From positions 66,762 through 130,761 of the forward strand of contig NIVC01002901.1 of NCBI GenBank assembly GCA_002269645.1: 64,000 nt of DNA, in the 5' to 3' direction. Source of the DNA: Macrostomum lignano. Its lineage: Eukaryota. The stretch's first letter is position 1. Every line of letters starts with the position of its first letter. Below, one piece after another: positions 38,471 to 51,300 of this stretch. Position numbers and translations under genes: made by a program. The notes below the pieces were generated by a model. The model was not told the origin of the DNA and ran no database searches. It saw nothing but the letters and a program-made list of their open reading frames with translations.

Positions 38471-39524
38471 AGTGACTAGGAGATACTGTGTGGTACAGCC
38501 GGTCAGAGCAGCACGCAGGCCACCAGAAAGAGGCGGCAAGGGTTGGGGTTCAGTTAAAGCAGCAATTGAAACGGGAGGATAAACAATTAATATTAATAAT
38601 TCTAGCGAGAAAGCGCCGAAAGAGTTCGAGCAAAATAAATGAAGAAATAAATGAATTGCAAGTTCAGAGAGCAAGGATCAGAGCGCTTGAAATTGAGAAA
38701 ATAGCAATACAGTCTGCCGAGAGCGGAGCAGTAGTATGTGCAGCGCATTTGCAGAATAGTTTAAACAGTTTCACCAAGATAAACTGCAAGCAGGGAGAAA
38801 AATTGATTACAGTTGTGGGACTCGGCAGTCGGAACTGAATTACAGAATAATTACAAATTCCGACAGGGGCGCAGAAGTCAACAAGTAATCGATTGAAGAG
38901 GCCGCATAGTTACACAATTAGTTATACTGCGAACTTTCTATTTATTTCATTCTAACAATACTCAGTGAAAATAAAATACCAAGAAGCAAATTTGGAAAGG
39001 CATTTGGTTTAATTAATATTAAATTTTTATTAAAAGCAGTTCGAGTGTGTCGAGCGCGCAGGGTTGAATTAAGGTTCAGATTTCTACAGAAAGCGCGGGC
39101 CATGGCAGTGAAAACAAATGAATTTCAAATTGAAAAATAGGCTAGATTAAAGATTTAATTTGCAATACAACTGACTATTGAAACTGTGTGCAGCAGAGAC
39201 TTAGAGGGGCTGAGTGTCAGTAAGTACATTTCTGAGTTCTGAAGTTCACCTTGCAGCTAAATAATGAATGGTACATATGGGAGCGCAACTGCGTTAAACT
39301 AATTTTAATTGTACAGATAAAATATGCCGCTCTCTCTCCTACTGACCGATTAGAATGCTCAGTAGACTACTAATAGTAGCCTGGTAGACTATCGTTCCGG
39401 GTTTAATGCAAAAGCAGTCAAACAAATCACATTGGTGTTAAAGAGAACATTAAAATAATCTTTTTCTCTGACACATTGATGTGCATCAGTTTGTTGCTGA
39501 ATGATAAAGGGCTCTGGTGCAGAG

Positions 39525-39815
39525 ACTGATGCAGGGATGTCTGTAGGGTTGATGCAGGGATGTCTGTAGGGTTGATGCAGGGATGGCTGTAGGGTTGATG
39601 CAGGGATGTCTGTAGGGTTGATGCAGGGATGTCTGTAGGGTTGATGCAGGGATGGCTGTAGGGTTGATGCAGGGATGGCTGTAGGGTTGATGCAGGGATG
39701 GCTGTAGGGTTGATGCAGGGATGGCTGTAGGGTTGATGCAGAGATGGCTGTAGGGTTGATGCAGGGATGGCTGTAGGGTTGATGCAGGGATGGCTGTAGG
39801 GTTGATGCAGGGATG
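39525..39815. repeat. 23-bp repeat (GGGTTGATGCAGGGATGGCTGTA)n just downstream of the TENT4 stop
   Basis: About 12 copies. Confidence 0.95.
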
Positions 39816-39846
39816 ACCGGCAGCCGACACTGCCGCAGCGCTGAGC

Positions 39847-42800
39847 TCAGCCGCTGGCGATGGCGAGGGCCGGCATTGACGTGGCCGACTGCGCCGCCTC
39901 CGAGCTGCCGCCGCCGATGACTTCGGCGCTACCGACGCTGCTGCTGCTCCCGCCGCTGCCCCGACGCTGCGGAGGCGGCGGTCGCTTCGCCACAGACGCG
40001 TAGGATGGCCGCGGTGGCGGCGGAGGAGGCTGAGGCGACACCGGCAGGAGCTCCGGCGGCTGCTCAGCCGCTGAGTTCGGACTCTCCGCGGTCGCTGCCG
40101 ATGCAGGACGCGGAGGAGGCGGCGGCGAAGGCGGGGCGAAGGCGCGCTGCACCCAGGCCCGGAAGCGAAGGACGTCCTCGGAGACGCGAATGATGCGGGA
40201 CAGCGGCGAGTAGGCCGCGGCGGCCGCGCCGGCCCGCTGAGGCAGCAGCTGCAGCACCGAGCTGCTGAGGGACCAGTAGGCCGACTGGAAGGCCTGCTGC
40301 ACCTGTGCGAACGGGTCGGAGTAGCGGGGCGGTGAGAACTGAAGCCGCTATGGAGGAACTCCTCATTGTTAAAGCCTGCTATAGTGCTAGGCTAGACTAG
40401 CCTGACAGACAGACAGGCAGGCAGACAAACAGACAGACAGTGCTGTGCAGGCAGTTAAGCAGACAGACAGACAGACAGTGCAGGCAGTGAAGCAGACAGA
40501 CACTGAAGCAGACAGACAGTGCAGGCAGTGAAGCAGACAGACACTGAAGCAGACAGACAGTGCAGGCAGTGAAGCAGACAGACACTGAAGCAGACAGACA
40601 CAGGAGCAGACACTGAAGCAGACAGACACTGAAGCAGACAGACACAGGAGCAGACAGACACTGAAGCAGACAGACACTGAAGCAGACAGACACAGGAGCA
40701 GACAGACACTGAAGCAGACAGACACTGAAGCAGACAGACACTGGAGTAGACAGACACTGAAGCAGACAGACACTGAAGCAGACAGACACTGGAGTAGACA
40801 GACACTGAAGCAGACAGACACTGAAGCAGACAGACACTGGAGTAGACAGACACTGAAGCAGACAGACACTGAAGCAGACAGACACTGGAGTAGACACTGA
40901 GCTCAGACTATGCCGCAGCGCACCTGCAGCGCCCCATAGGAGCTCCTGCCGATGTCGTTGCCGGGCGTGAGGGGATCCTCAATGCAGAGCACGGAGGGCC
41001 GTAGCCCGGGCTCCATGTCTCTCAGCAGCTGCTCCTTGGGCAGGTGGGCTCCGCCGTCCTTCACCCGAATGCCGGTGCTCATGTAGTCGAACCGGCAGCC
41101 GTAGAGCTCGAAGAACTCCACCAGCAGCTGGCCGAGGTCGAGCTCGGCAACTGGCCGGCTGAGGTCGGAGCCGTGCCGCTGCAGGAACGACACAATCATG
41201 AGAGTCAGCGAGTAGGACGAAATGCCGCCCGTCCAGACTTCGTTGAGATTTCTCTGCAGCAGGAACTGCTTGAGCACCAGCACCAGGTGAGGCAGGCAGG
41301 GGAACTGCTGCACAAATTCCTGGATGAGACCGGCCGCCCTGACGCTGTTCGGCATGTTGAAGCTGATGTCGACGCTCAGGCCGGTGACGGCGTCGGTCGC
41401 CTTGACAATGGGGACGCTGGCCCGGTCCAGCACTTTGATGTCGCCGCAGCTGCCGCTCTCCCGGAGTAGCCGGGCCAGCCGGCGGAGCGGCGGGGACTCC
41501 CAGTCGCCGAACAGCACCAGGTCGATGTCGGACAGCGGCAGGTACAGCCCGGTGCGAAAACTGCCGAACAGTTCGAGGCGGGCCTCCGGCCACTGCTGGT
41601 TGATCAGGCGGCGCACTCGGTCCACGACCTGGGGTGGGGTGGATGAGGGGTAGCTTTGGTGGATGAGGGGTAGCTTTGGTGGATGAGGAGTAGCTTTGGT
41701 GGATGAGGGGTAGCTTTGGTGGATGAGGGGTAGCTTTGGTGGATGAGGAGTAGCTTTGGTGGATGAGGGGTAGCTTTGGTGGATGAGGGGTAGCTTTGGT
41801 GGATGAGGGGTAGCTTTGGTGGATGAGGGGTAGCTTTGGTGGATGAGGAGTAGCTTTGGTGGATGATGGGTAGCTTTGGTGGATGATGGGTAGCTTTGGT
41901 GGATGATGGGTAGCTTTGGTGGATGATGGGTAGCTTTGGTGGATGAGGAGTAGCTTTGGTGGATGATGGGTAGCTTTGGTGGATGAGGAGTAGCTTTGGT
42001 GGATGAGGAGTAGCTTTGGTGGATGAGGAGTAGCTTTGGTGGATGAGGAGTAGCTTTGGTGGATGAGGAGTAGCTTTGGTGGATGAGGGGTAGCTTTGGT
42101 GGATGATGGGTAGCTTTGGTGGATGATGGGTAGCTTTGGTGGATGAGGAGTGGCTTTGGTGGATGAGGAGTGGCTTTGGTGGATGAGGAGTAGCTTTGGT
42201 GGATGAGGAGTAGCTTTGGTGGATGAGGAGTAGCTTTGGTGGATGAGGGGTAGCTGTGGGTGGATAATTGGTAGCTTTGGTGGATGAGGGGTAGCTTTGG
42301 TGGATGATGGGTAGCTTTGGTGGATGAGGGGTAGCTTTGGTGGATGATGGGTAGCTTTGGTGGATGATGGGTAGCTTTGGTGGATGAGGAGTGGCTTTGG
42401 TGGATGAGGAGTGGCTTTGGTGGATGAGGAGTAGCTTTGGTGGATGAGGGGTAGCTGTGGGTGGATAATTGGTAGCTTTGGTGGATGAGGGGTAGCTTTG
42501 GTGGATGAGGGGTAGCTTTGGTGGATGAGGAGTAGCTTTGGTGGATGAGGGGTAGCTTTGGTGGATGATGGGTAGCTTTGGTGGATGATGGGTAGCTTTG
42601 GTGGATGAGGAGTGGCTTTGGTGGATGAGGAGTAGCTTTGGTGGATGAGGAGTAGCTTTGGTGGATGAGGAGTAGCTTTGGTGGATGAGGGGTAGCTGTG
42701 GGTGGATAATTGGTAGCTTTGGTGGATGAGGGGTAGCTTTGGTGGATGAGGGGTAGCTTTGGTGGATGATTGGTAGCTATTGGTAAACTTTTAAAGAAAA

Positions 42801-44616
42801 ATTGATGGGCAATTAAAGAAAAAGCGAGAAAAATAGTAAATTGCGCTTGTAATTACAAAGTCAGCCCAGTCAAAAACACCTGAGGTAGAAAATCTGCCTG
42901 GAAGCAGAGACAGCTGAGCTAAACATAGCCAGGACTGCCTTTGATACTTTGAAAAGCCAGGCAGCTGAGGCAGCGGAACTTATACAGCTCGCGTGTGTAG
43001 CTTATCTGAATAGTTAGTTAAACTGGGCGCGTGATGAAGAGTCTAAGAGGCACATCAGAGCGATGGGCCAAAGCAGTTGGGCTTATCAAGCAGTTTCTCG
43101 CTCAAAGAAAACAATTTTTAAGTCCTCTGAAAGAAGTCTATACACCCAGGTTATCCTAGGATTTCAGATTTTCCGGTTTCTTTTTTTCAGAATTTTTAAA
43201 GGCGTTTCTTGCAAGTGCTTTAGGGGATCTGAAGCCTGAGGGCGATTCTCATAGGGATTTTTTAAGGGCGATTATGATAGGGATTTTTTTAGGGTGATTC
43301 TCATAGGGATTTTTCTGAGGGCGATTCTTATAGGGATTTTTAGGGCAATTCTCATTTGGAATCCTTAAAGGCCAATTCTCACAGGGAATCTTCTGAGGGC
43401 GATTCTCACAGGGAATCTTCTGAGGGCGATTCTCACAGGGAATCTTCTGAGGGCGATTCTCATAGGGATTTTTCTGAGGGCGATTCTCATAGGGATTTTT
43501 CTGAGGGCGACTGTCATTGGGAATCCTTTAAGGCCAATTCTCATAGGGGGGGGTTTTCTGAGGGCGATTCCCATAGGGATTTTTCTGAGGGCAACTGTCA
43601 TTGGGAATCCTTTAAGGCCAATTCTCATAGGGGGGGTTTTCTGAGGGCGATTCCCATAGGGATTTTTCTGAGGGCAACTGTCATTGGGAATCCTTTAAGG
43701 CCAATTCTCATAGGGGGGGTTTTCTGAGGGCGATTCCCATAGGGATTTTTCTGAGGGCAACTGTCATTGGGAATCCTTTAAGGCCAATTCTCATAGGGAA
43801 GCTTCTGAGGGCGATTCTCATAGGAATTCTTCTGAGGGCGATTCTCATAGGGATTCTTCTGATGGCGATTCTCATAGGGATTTTTCTAAAGGCCATTCTG
43901 AAAATGATTCTAGGGCTTTCGTAGGGTTCATAAAAAAGCTTCAAGTAACGCAGGTTTTTTACCTGCGTCCGCATCACGGCCTCCTCCGGTGTTGGCGACA
44001 TCCACTGGTGGAACAGCAGCAGCTCCTCGTGCAGCCCCTGCGGCCCCTGACCTGCCTGCCGGCGCTCCGGGCCGAGCCAAGCTGCTGTCATGGCAACAGG
44101 CGGCTGGTTCTGGCAGCCCTGTTGCTGGTGCTCCGAGCCCCGGCCCTGCTGCCGGTTCCACTGTTGCTGCGGCCCCCAATTCGGGCCGGCCGACCACCGA
44201 CTCTGCGATGACCGACGCCGGCCTCCGCCCGCCGCGCAGACCCCAGCAACAGCGGACTGTTCGGACGGCGGGCTGCCAGTGCCGCCGCCGCAGCTCGAGT
44301 TGCCATCCTCGGATTCTTCCGACTGGTCAGAGGAGCCGCAGTTGCCGCCGATGCCACCAGCGGCGCCGCCGAGGGTGCCGGCAATGTAGGCGGGGCTGTT
44401 GAGCAGCAGCCGGCCAAGGTGCTGCTGCTGAGCCGCCAGCCGCTGATGCTGCAGTTCCCGGAAAAATGCCTGCATCTGCGGGCCGCACATCAGCGCCGAG
44501 GGAGACAGCTGCAGATGCGGGTGAGACTTCTCCCACACGTGAGTCCACAGCTTGAAGGAGGCGGATGCGAGCAGCTCTGATTGGTGGTTGTACGGGTACG
44601 CCAGGCGCGGGTCCAT
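39847..44616 (-). CDS. TENT4: Terminal nucleotidyltransferase TENT4 (PAPD5/PAPD7, Trf4-like), ~604 aa. Exons 44616-43963, 41628-40924 and 40302-39847
   Basis: N-terminus MDPRLAY...LWTHVWE; LHEELLLFHQWMSPTPEE; FGSFRTGLYLPLSDIDLV catalytic motif; VDISFN; GGISSYSL; LCIEDPLTPGNDIGRSSYGALQ|VQQAF. All introns are phase 0 GT-AG. Confidence 0.95.
40400..40895. repeat. Compound GACA-derived repeat (GACAGACACTGAAGCA)n in TENT4 intron 2
   Basis: Direct inspection. Confidence 0.93.
41636..42782. repeat. 20-bp repeat (GGTGGATGAGGGGTAGCTTT)n at the 3' end of TENT4 intron 1
   Basis: About 57 copies. Confidence 0.97.
43215..43905. repeat. 27-bp repeat (CTGAGGGCGATTCTCATAGGGATTTTT)n with an ~80-bp higher-order unit, at the 5' end of TENT4 intron 1
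   Basis: Direct inspection. Confidence 0.93.
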
Positions 44617-45469
44617 CTGGACTGCTGAACTGCCGAGTGAAGCTGTAAGGCCGACTCCCGCCCGAGTAGCGATGGGGATAAATGCCGAGACAAGCGACTT
44701 TGTACAGATGGAGATGAAGGAGGCTGAGGACGAGGTTAAAGCAGGAGGGCGCCGAGACGGACTGGAGCAAGAGATGTCGGATGCACACTTGGAGATCTTG
44801 AGGCGCAGAACGACAGGAGGGGGCTGCTCAGTTGCTGCTGCTGCTGTGGACGGCCGTTGGGCAACTTATTGCCTGGACCTGAAAGACAATTTAATAGCTC
44901 ATTGTGATTGCAGCATTTAATTCTCATTCAGTCATTGCAATGAGGGCCTTGAAGATAAGCTACACAGTGGTTGCCCAGCAGCAGAACTTGATGATATCAC
45001 ACTGCAGCAGCTGTTCAAGCGGGTCCAGCGGGAGTGTTGCACAATTTGCTAGAATGTGATCTTCACATTGAGCAAGAAGCTACATCTGGTGGGGCTGGGT
45101 ACTCTAGCAGCTAAGCACCCATGATCTTGATCAATATATTGAGGTTTCTTGCACTACTTTCCAAACCCTGCTACTGTCTACATGTCTTATCTACAATTTG
45201 AAAAATCAAAGATCCCCATTTTAGCACAATCTGTTATTACTTTACACTCATATTTTCAGGAATTCTTCATTAAATAATGACAAAAAATATATCATATGGA
45301 ACTTATTACTTAAACAAGATTTTACTAAAGTACTAATATATCAATGATAAAGTGAGGCAAATATAATATAATTTATGTTTTCAGTTTAAGAAATTGTTAT
45401 AAAGAGATTATCTTTTAAAAATATAGAAATTAGTTTTAGCAATTGTAGTAATAAAGATATATGACAAAT

Positions 45470-46090
45470 AGAAACTAATCAAAAGGGCAAAAGATCAAAA
45501 GGGCAAAAGATCAAAAGGGCAACAGTCAATATATTTATTGGAATTGCAATTTCACAATTAGACTTGTATTATAAAATGCATTTATTAATGCATGAGTGGT
45601 TAAAATATAGTAGTTGAGACTAGTTAAGACTACTCTTCTTCTAGAAGAACTAATACAATTGCAATATGTATTGTTAAAGAATGAAGTGAGATGTAAAAAA
45701 GACTGAAAATCAGGTATATTTTTGGATAAAAAACAAGATTTAAGAGTTGTGCAAGATTGCTAGAAATATAATATATATATATATATATGTGCGCAAGTTT
45801 TTGTCAAGGTATATAGAATAGAATTTATCCAAGATTTTGCATAAAAATTCTATCCTGGAACAATGAGATCACACAATAGCAATATTGCACTCTCCAGCAT
45901 CTAGACTATTATGCATGTAGAATACTTAATAAGTCTAATATTTCAACAAATGTAAGTCTTAATACATTTTAACTACTTGTAAATTTAAAAAAAATAAGTC
46001 TAATACATGTGAATATAGTGATTGTTGCCTTTTGACTATAGCCTTTTGCATACTGACCTTATGATTGTCAACTTTTTGATCTATTGCCAA
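45470..46090. mobile_element. Possible decayed foldback/MITE with subterminal ATCAAAAGGGC-type repeats in inverted orientation
   Basis: (ATCAAAAGGGCAAAAG)x3 at ~45478-45525 and degenerate reverse-complement copies at ~46022-46088; ends and TSD not resolved. Confidence 0.3.
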
Positions 46091-46438
46091 ACAATACTAG
46101 ATATTGCTTTGAATTTATTAATAATCTTGACTATATAAATATTATAAATTTGAGATTGTTTAAAAAATCAAAAACAAAGCCAAAATTTACTTTTAGAATG
46201 ATTCAAATAGTAATAAAAAAGTAGTTAAATAAATTTAAATTTATAATTTAATAAAGATTAGGCCTTTCAACCTTAAAATTACATATATTATTAGGGGACA
46301 ATCAACTAAAAATGATAATTAGTTTTTAAATATTATTCAATTTGATTTAAAAGAAACTAAGGCAACTACTACAATGATGTGAAATACGAGGCTGTTTAAC
46401 TACACGGAAATGTTCTATAGTTCTATGCTTCAATGTAG

Positions 46439-46794
46439 GGGGCCGTAGCCCAGCGGTAGCGCAGCTGCTTTGGTGTGCCACAATCCAGGCTTGATTCCAA
46501 GTGCAGCCACATTAATTTGGGGCTGGATTGGAATCTTGGCTTGGCTCGCTTGTGCAATTAACGGCCTTGAGAACCAACCCCCAAGGCGTAGTGAAGTGTA
46601 CATACCTAACAATTGATAAAGTTAGGGCCGCTGTACACTCCTGTGTGAGTGTGTGCCTGCGTAACGTATCCGCGCGCTTGTATGCCTGCTCAGGGGAGTT
46701 GGCGGAATGGGCAGTAATGCCTCTCGCCAGTTGTGTGACAATGTCGCTTAAATTGCGCCAGGGTGCATACAACCTCCCTGCCTCTAATAAAAAA
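46439..46794 (+). mobile_element. tRNA-derived SINE, 356 bp, with A-rich tail and 14-bp TSD
   Basis: Head GGGGCCGTAGCCCAGCGGTAG with A box TAGCCCAGCGG and degenerate B box GGCTTGATTCC; tail AATAAAAAAA. Flanks ATGCTTCAATGTAG (46425-46438) and ATGTTTCAATGTAG (46795-46808) match 13/14. Confidence 0.85.
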
Positions 46795-48066
46795 ATGTTT
46801 CAATGTAGTGCTAAGCATCCTCTAGTTTCATGTTCAATTATTTTACAAAAATAATGACTTCCTTAATTATTGCAAATAAATATTTGAACTCACACAAATG
46901 TAAAAGATGTCAGTGTATTAATTCTATGTCTATATGTACTAGTTTGAGATAGCCACTGGCTATGACAATGTATATGGTCAAAACCTACAATTACTCCTTG
47001 TTTTTTAAAAAGGACAAAAGCAAGAGGGACTGGGATTCTAACAAATTTTTGTCTTGCTAGCTTTCTTGTCAATCTTGGCTAAACTTTATAGACTATAACA
47101 ACCTAAATATCTATATAAACATTATAGAGGGCATATAGATACATAGGCAACAACTTTAGCAATTATCCTCTTTTAGGTAGCATACTATTTATGATATCTA
47201 AAATTCTTTTAAGCAACTTAACAAACTTTCTATTATTCTATTGCTAAAAATTTGTTAAAATATTATTAAAATTTCAAGAAATACTTAAGCATATAAAAGT
47301 CAATTTGCTAAAACTAAAAATATATAAAAGTTTTATAAATTAGGTCCTACATTATCTTTTGTAATAATAAAACAGAGATAGTATATGATGATCTTCTCTT
47401 GTAACTGGTTTTAAAATTTTATGTATAATTAGAATTATTGCATTAGCGATTAGGCCTATATTATTATATTTATAATATATATTTAATAAAATGAAATTTA
47501 ATAGGTCTAGACTATAGTCATATAGATAGAATCTTGATCTTGATTTGAATATAATAAGATGATAAAATTGTAGAAAAAATATGATACTACTAATTTTACT
47601 TAATCCTAAAAATCTTGAGTTTTTTTATATTATTAGAAAACAAAAAAACTAAATTAATGCACTAATTAAAATATAAAAACTGAATATCTATTGATTTACT
47701 TTGTTTAGCCTAGCCTATCTTTCTTACTTTTGGCAATAGCCAAAATGAATTATAATATAACTTTTTAAGTATAAGCACTAAGCCAACTAAGGGCATAGGT
47801 TTTAGGTGACCAAGTAACTTGTAATAAGTGAATGGGGCAATATAGACCTCTGTCAACTGTTCTAAAAAAATCTTGAATTTGAACTAAAATATTGTTTGAA
47901 AGTTTGCAACACTTAAAAAAATAGTAAAAAATACAAAAATGGTAGATAGGCCAGTGTATAAGATCTTCTATCTTACTATCTATCATGATTGATTAACAAT
48001 TGTCTGAGAATAGGCATAGGCCTAATGCACTATGCACTGATCTATAACCTAGCAATGTATCAATTC

Positions 48067-48358
48067 TGGTAATGGCTAGAGTTCCAGCACCGGAACCCAT
48101 TTTCTAACAGCTAGGGATCCGGCAATGCCATATAGAAGCATATAAAGACTGCTAAGAACATATCTTAAGAAGTCTGAATATTAGAAGCATCTTATCCCAA
48201 ATCATATCATATCGTCTTAAATTTATATCTAGAACAAAATCTCAATATTAGCCACCTGTAGAAAGAAATATATAATGTTCCATCTATATTATAATGGCAC
48301 TGCCGGATCCGTAGCCGTTAGAAAATGGGTTCCGGTACCGGAACTCTAGCCATTGCCA
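48067..48358. mobile_element. MITE, 292 bp, with ~65-bp imperfect TIRs and a 7-8-bp TSD (A)TCAATTC
   Basis: Left end TGGTAATGGCTAGAGTTCCAGCACCGGAACCCATTTTCTAACAGCTAGGGATCCGGCAATGCCAT is the near reverse complement of 48294-48358. TCAATTC occurs at 48060-48066 and 48359-48365. Confidence 0.9.
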
Positions 48359-51300
48359 TCAATTCTAGTAATTACAATATAATTTATTATTTAGTGCAGA
48401 CAAATCTATTTGATGACAACAGACTAGTAGCCTATATAAACCACAAATGAATCAGATAAGCCAGATAATATAGTGTAGGCCTAAAATTATGAGCGATTTG
48501 AATATTTAAAGTGATTTTACTGAAAACACTTGTTTCAGACTTTCAGGCATAGCGGTAGGCCAGGGGGGCCAGGCCGCCAGCGCCCAGGGGCCTAATAAAT
48601 TTTTTAAGAACCACAGCTTATCGGAATTGCAACAAGTAGTACATAGCACTGCATGATAGGTTTGGCGATGTACTTTAATGACAATACTTTGACATGTTTG
48701 TCATTTTTCGTTTTTTTCGCGACTCTAGATCCTAGATCAAGCTGACTGGTCTTGATCAGGTCAAACCGGTTTTATGTCGAAAAGTATAAATTTACGTAAA
48801 AGAAAAGTAAAACAAATAACAGGGTTAGAATAATGCTAAATATTAGTTCAAAATTGTTTTAAAATCAGCGACAAGCTACTTAATAAACTTTTTAATTTTC
48901 AAGCATATTTTAAAGCAATATAAATGCTATAAGAATACCGGCTTAAGAGTAGAACTGCAGATCATAATAATCGTGAATTAAAAGTGTTGCTGCTTCTGGT
49001 GATGATGAAGATGAGGATGCTGGCTCTGATGGTGCAGACCCTTGAGTTTAAAAAGTAGGTCTACACGAACAAATCTTAGAAGGTGTAACTCAACAGATAT
49101 ACATGTACTGACCAAAACTGGCATTTTTAGTTACGAAGGAAGGAACTTGGAAAAGTAGCATCTTGCTACTTTTTATGTCTACTATATGCATTTAAATTAT
49201 TTGAAAGAATATATATGCCTTTGATTAACACATACTTAGCAACATAAATGCTGAATGAATTAAAAGGTTTCTATTTTGGTGATAATTTGGGTCGTCCTCG
49301 GGTTATCTGCATGGTGTCGCAAGCCACAAAGCCAAAGAGTCACAGTATGCGCCGCAACATAAGTAAAGTCTCCTCATATAACCATACAAATACTCTTTTT
49401 AGTATTTTTTTAGTTTTTGTGTGTAAAAATAGTATCAGTTTGTGTTTTGTTACTTTAGTATGAGAATCTTTCCTGGTGAGAAAACATTTGTGATTTTGAG
49501 CGCATAATTAACTGTATATAGGGGTATAATATGCCCCCTGCAGCCATAAGTCAAGTACGGCCCGGCTGTAATATCAACATGCAGATAAAGTGCGCATGTC
49601 TCAAATTTACTCAAAAGCCACACGGGAAATTTAGTCAGTTCAACGCAGGAAACCGATATTCTTCAAGATTCTCAAACAACCTTTACTATTAACTCCAACA
49701 ATTCCAACAAGAATCATTTCTTTAATGTTTCTTAATTTCTTCCATATTCTTGAGACCTATATTTTTCGCGAAGATCAATTTAAGACTTTAAGCCTTACTG
49801 TTAGTAAACGCTTGAACAAATGATTGCACAATTTTTGTAAAAGCTTGAAAAAGTTTTACCGAGCTGATTAAAATTCTGTGTGACTCATGTATGCATACGT
49901 AGTCAGTTTCATCAGACTGAACGAGCGTTCAAGTCAAGAGAATAATTAGAGTGCCGTAGGCTATACGTTCGTATAGGCTATTCAAATTATAAGAACTGCA
50001 GCGACTAAAAAGTTAAAATCAAATCGTCGGAAAAGGCATTTTCACGTTGCTGTAAAAAATAGGGTAAATTCGAGCAATATCCACATGAGATCTGAGGGTG
50101 CTCGAACACAAAATGCACAAATTGCAAATCCGTATATTGTTTTTCTCAGTTTTGGCATCTGTGCGAACCGGCACTGGATTAGGTTTCTTGCCTGACAAAT
50201 CGATGCAAGAGAAGCCATCGCAACTTTTTGCTAAAGATCGCAGACTGCAGCAGCAGAGCGGCAGAAAAAGCAAAGTAAGCCAATAAGCAAATTGCAAGAA
50301 GTCAGCCTTAGGCTTTTCCGCCCCAGAGCGGACATCTGCGCAGTGTCTGCGGCATGCAGCTGGTGGTGCGAAATGCAGGCGAGCGCAGAGGAACTGCGCG
50401 CAGTAACGCGAGCAGGCAGCTTTCTTGTGCGCCGGTGCGCCGCCATTTGGGACAAGCGGCAGGCAGCGGCGGATGGAAGCCAGCCGGAATCTAGACCATG
50501 CAGTCGCAGAAAGGCGCAGCCAAACCGGGGGGACAAGCTAAGCAGCGGGAACCACCAAACTGCTAAGGAAATTAGCTGTAAGAGAAGTGACTGGCGAGAT
50601 GTTTGTAGAAATTTTAGTCGCTCTGCTTCTGCTGATTCGACAAAAGCAGCCTGCGTTCGCAGCACCAAGGTCTCTACCTCATGTTGGTCCCAACTTGATG
50701 AGGCCACTTAATAGCTTAGCTTGCTTGCAGAGTTGAGACTCCGCGGCACAGAAGAAGTCTGGAACCGATTGGGAAGCCGCGGCTCTGTTCTCTCCTAGGG
50801 GCAGCAGCAGCAGCAGCAGCGGCAGAAGACTGCATGCAGTGGCCGGGCGGCTTCGCATCCCTCAGATTAGGGTCGGACAAAGCTGCTTATCTCGCCCGGG
50901 GAATCGGCGGGATTCCTTTGCAGACGTCAGTAAAGGGGAGCGGAGATGACTGAAGGATGGGGCAGAAGGGGCGGCTCCCGGGGATCAAGCGAAGGCAATG
51001 GGAAGACGGGGCGAGTGGGGCGCAGCCGAATCCATGGGATTGCGATTCCCCGCTGAGGTCTGGGAAATGCGTTGGAGGCGGCGGGGGGAGATTGCTGGGA
51101 TTGGCATCCGGGAGCGCCTGTCCCCTGCCAGCAGTCCCCCCGGCTGCAGCGGTGGAGGCTCGGCATTTAGTGACGGGGACACCGCGGCGCTTTCGGAGGC
51201 CGTTTTGGGGGTTCGCTGGATGCAGCATGCAGGGGCAACTTTGCTTATGCAAAAATAACTGTTTAGCTGTGGCCCCGATACGGTAGTGGCAGCCTAGCCA

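Noticed and set aside
46439-46512. Functional tRNA gene
   Set aside because: The anticodon and T stems do not pair, the B box is degenerate, there is no poly-T terminator, and it continues into a SINE body with a TSD
48545-49560. hAT element bounded by CAGGCATAG... and ...GGCCCGGCTG
   Set aside because: The two ends are not reverse complements beyond CAG, and there is no matching 8-bp TSD
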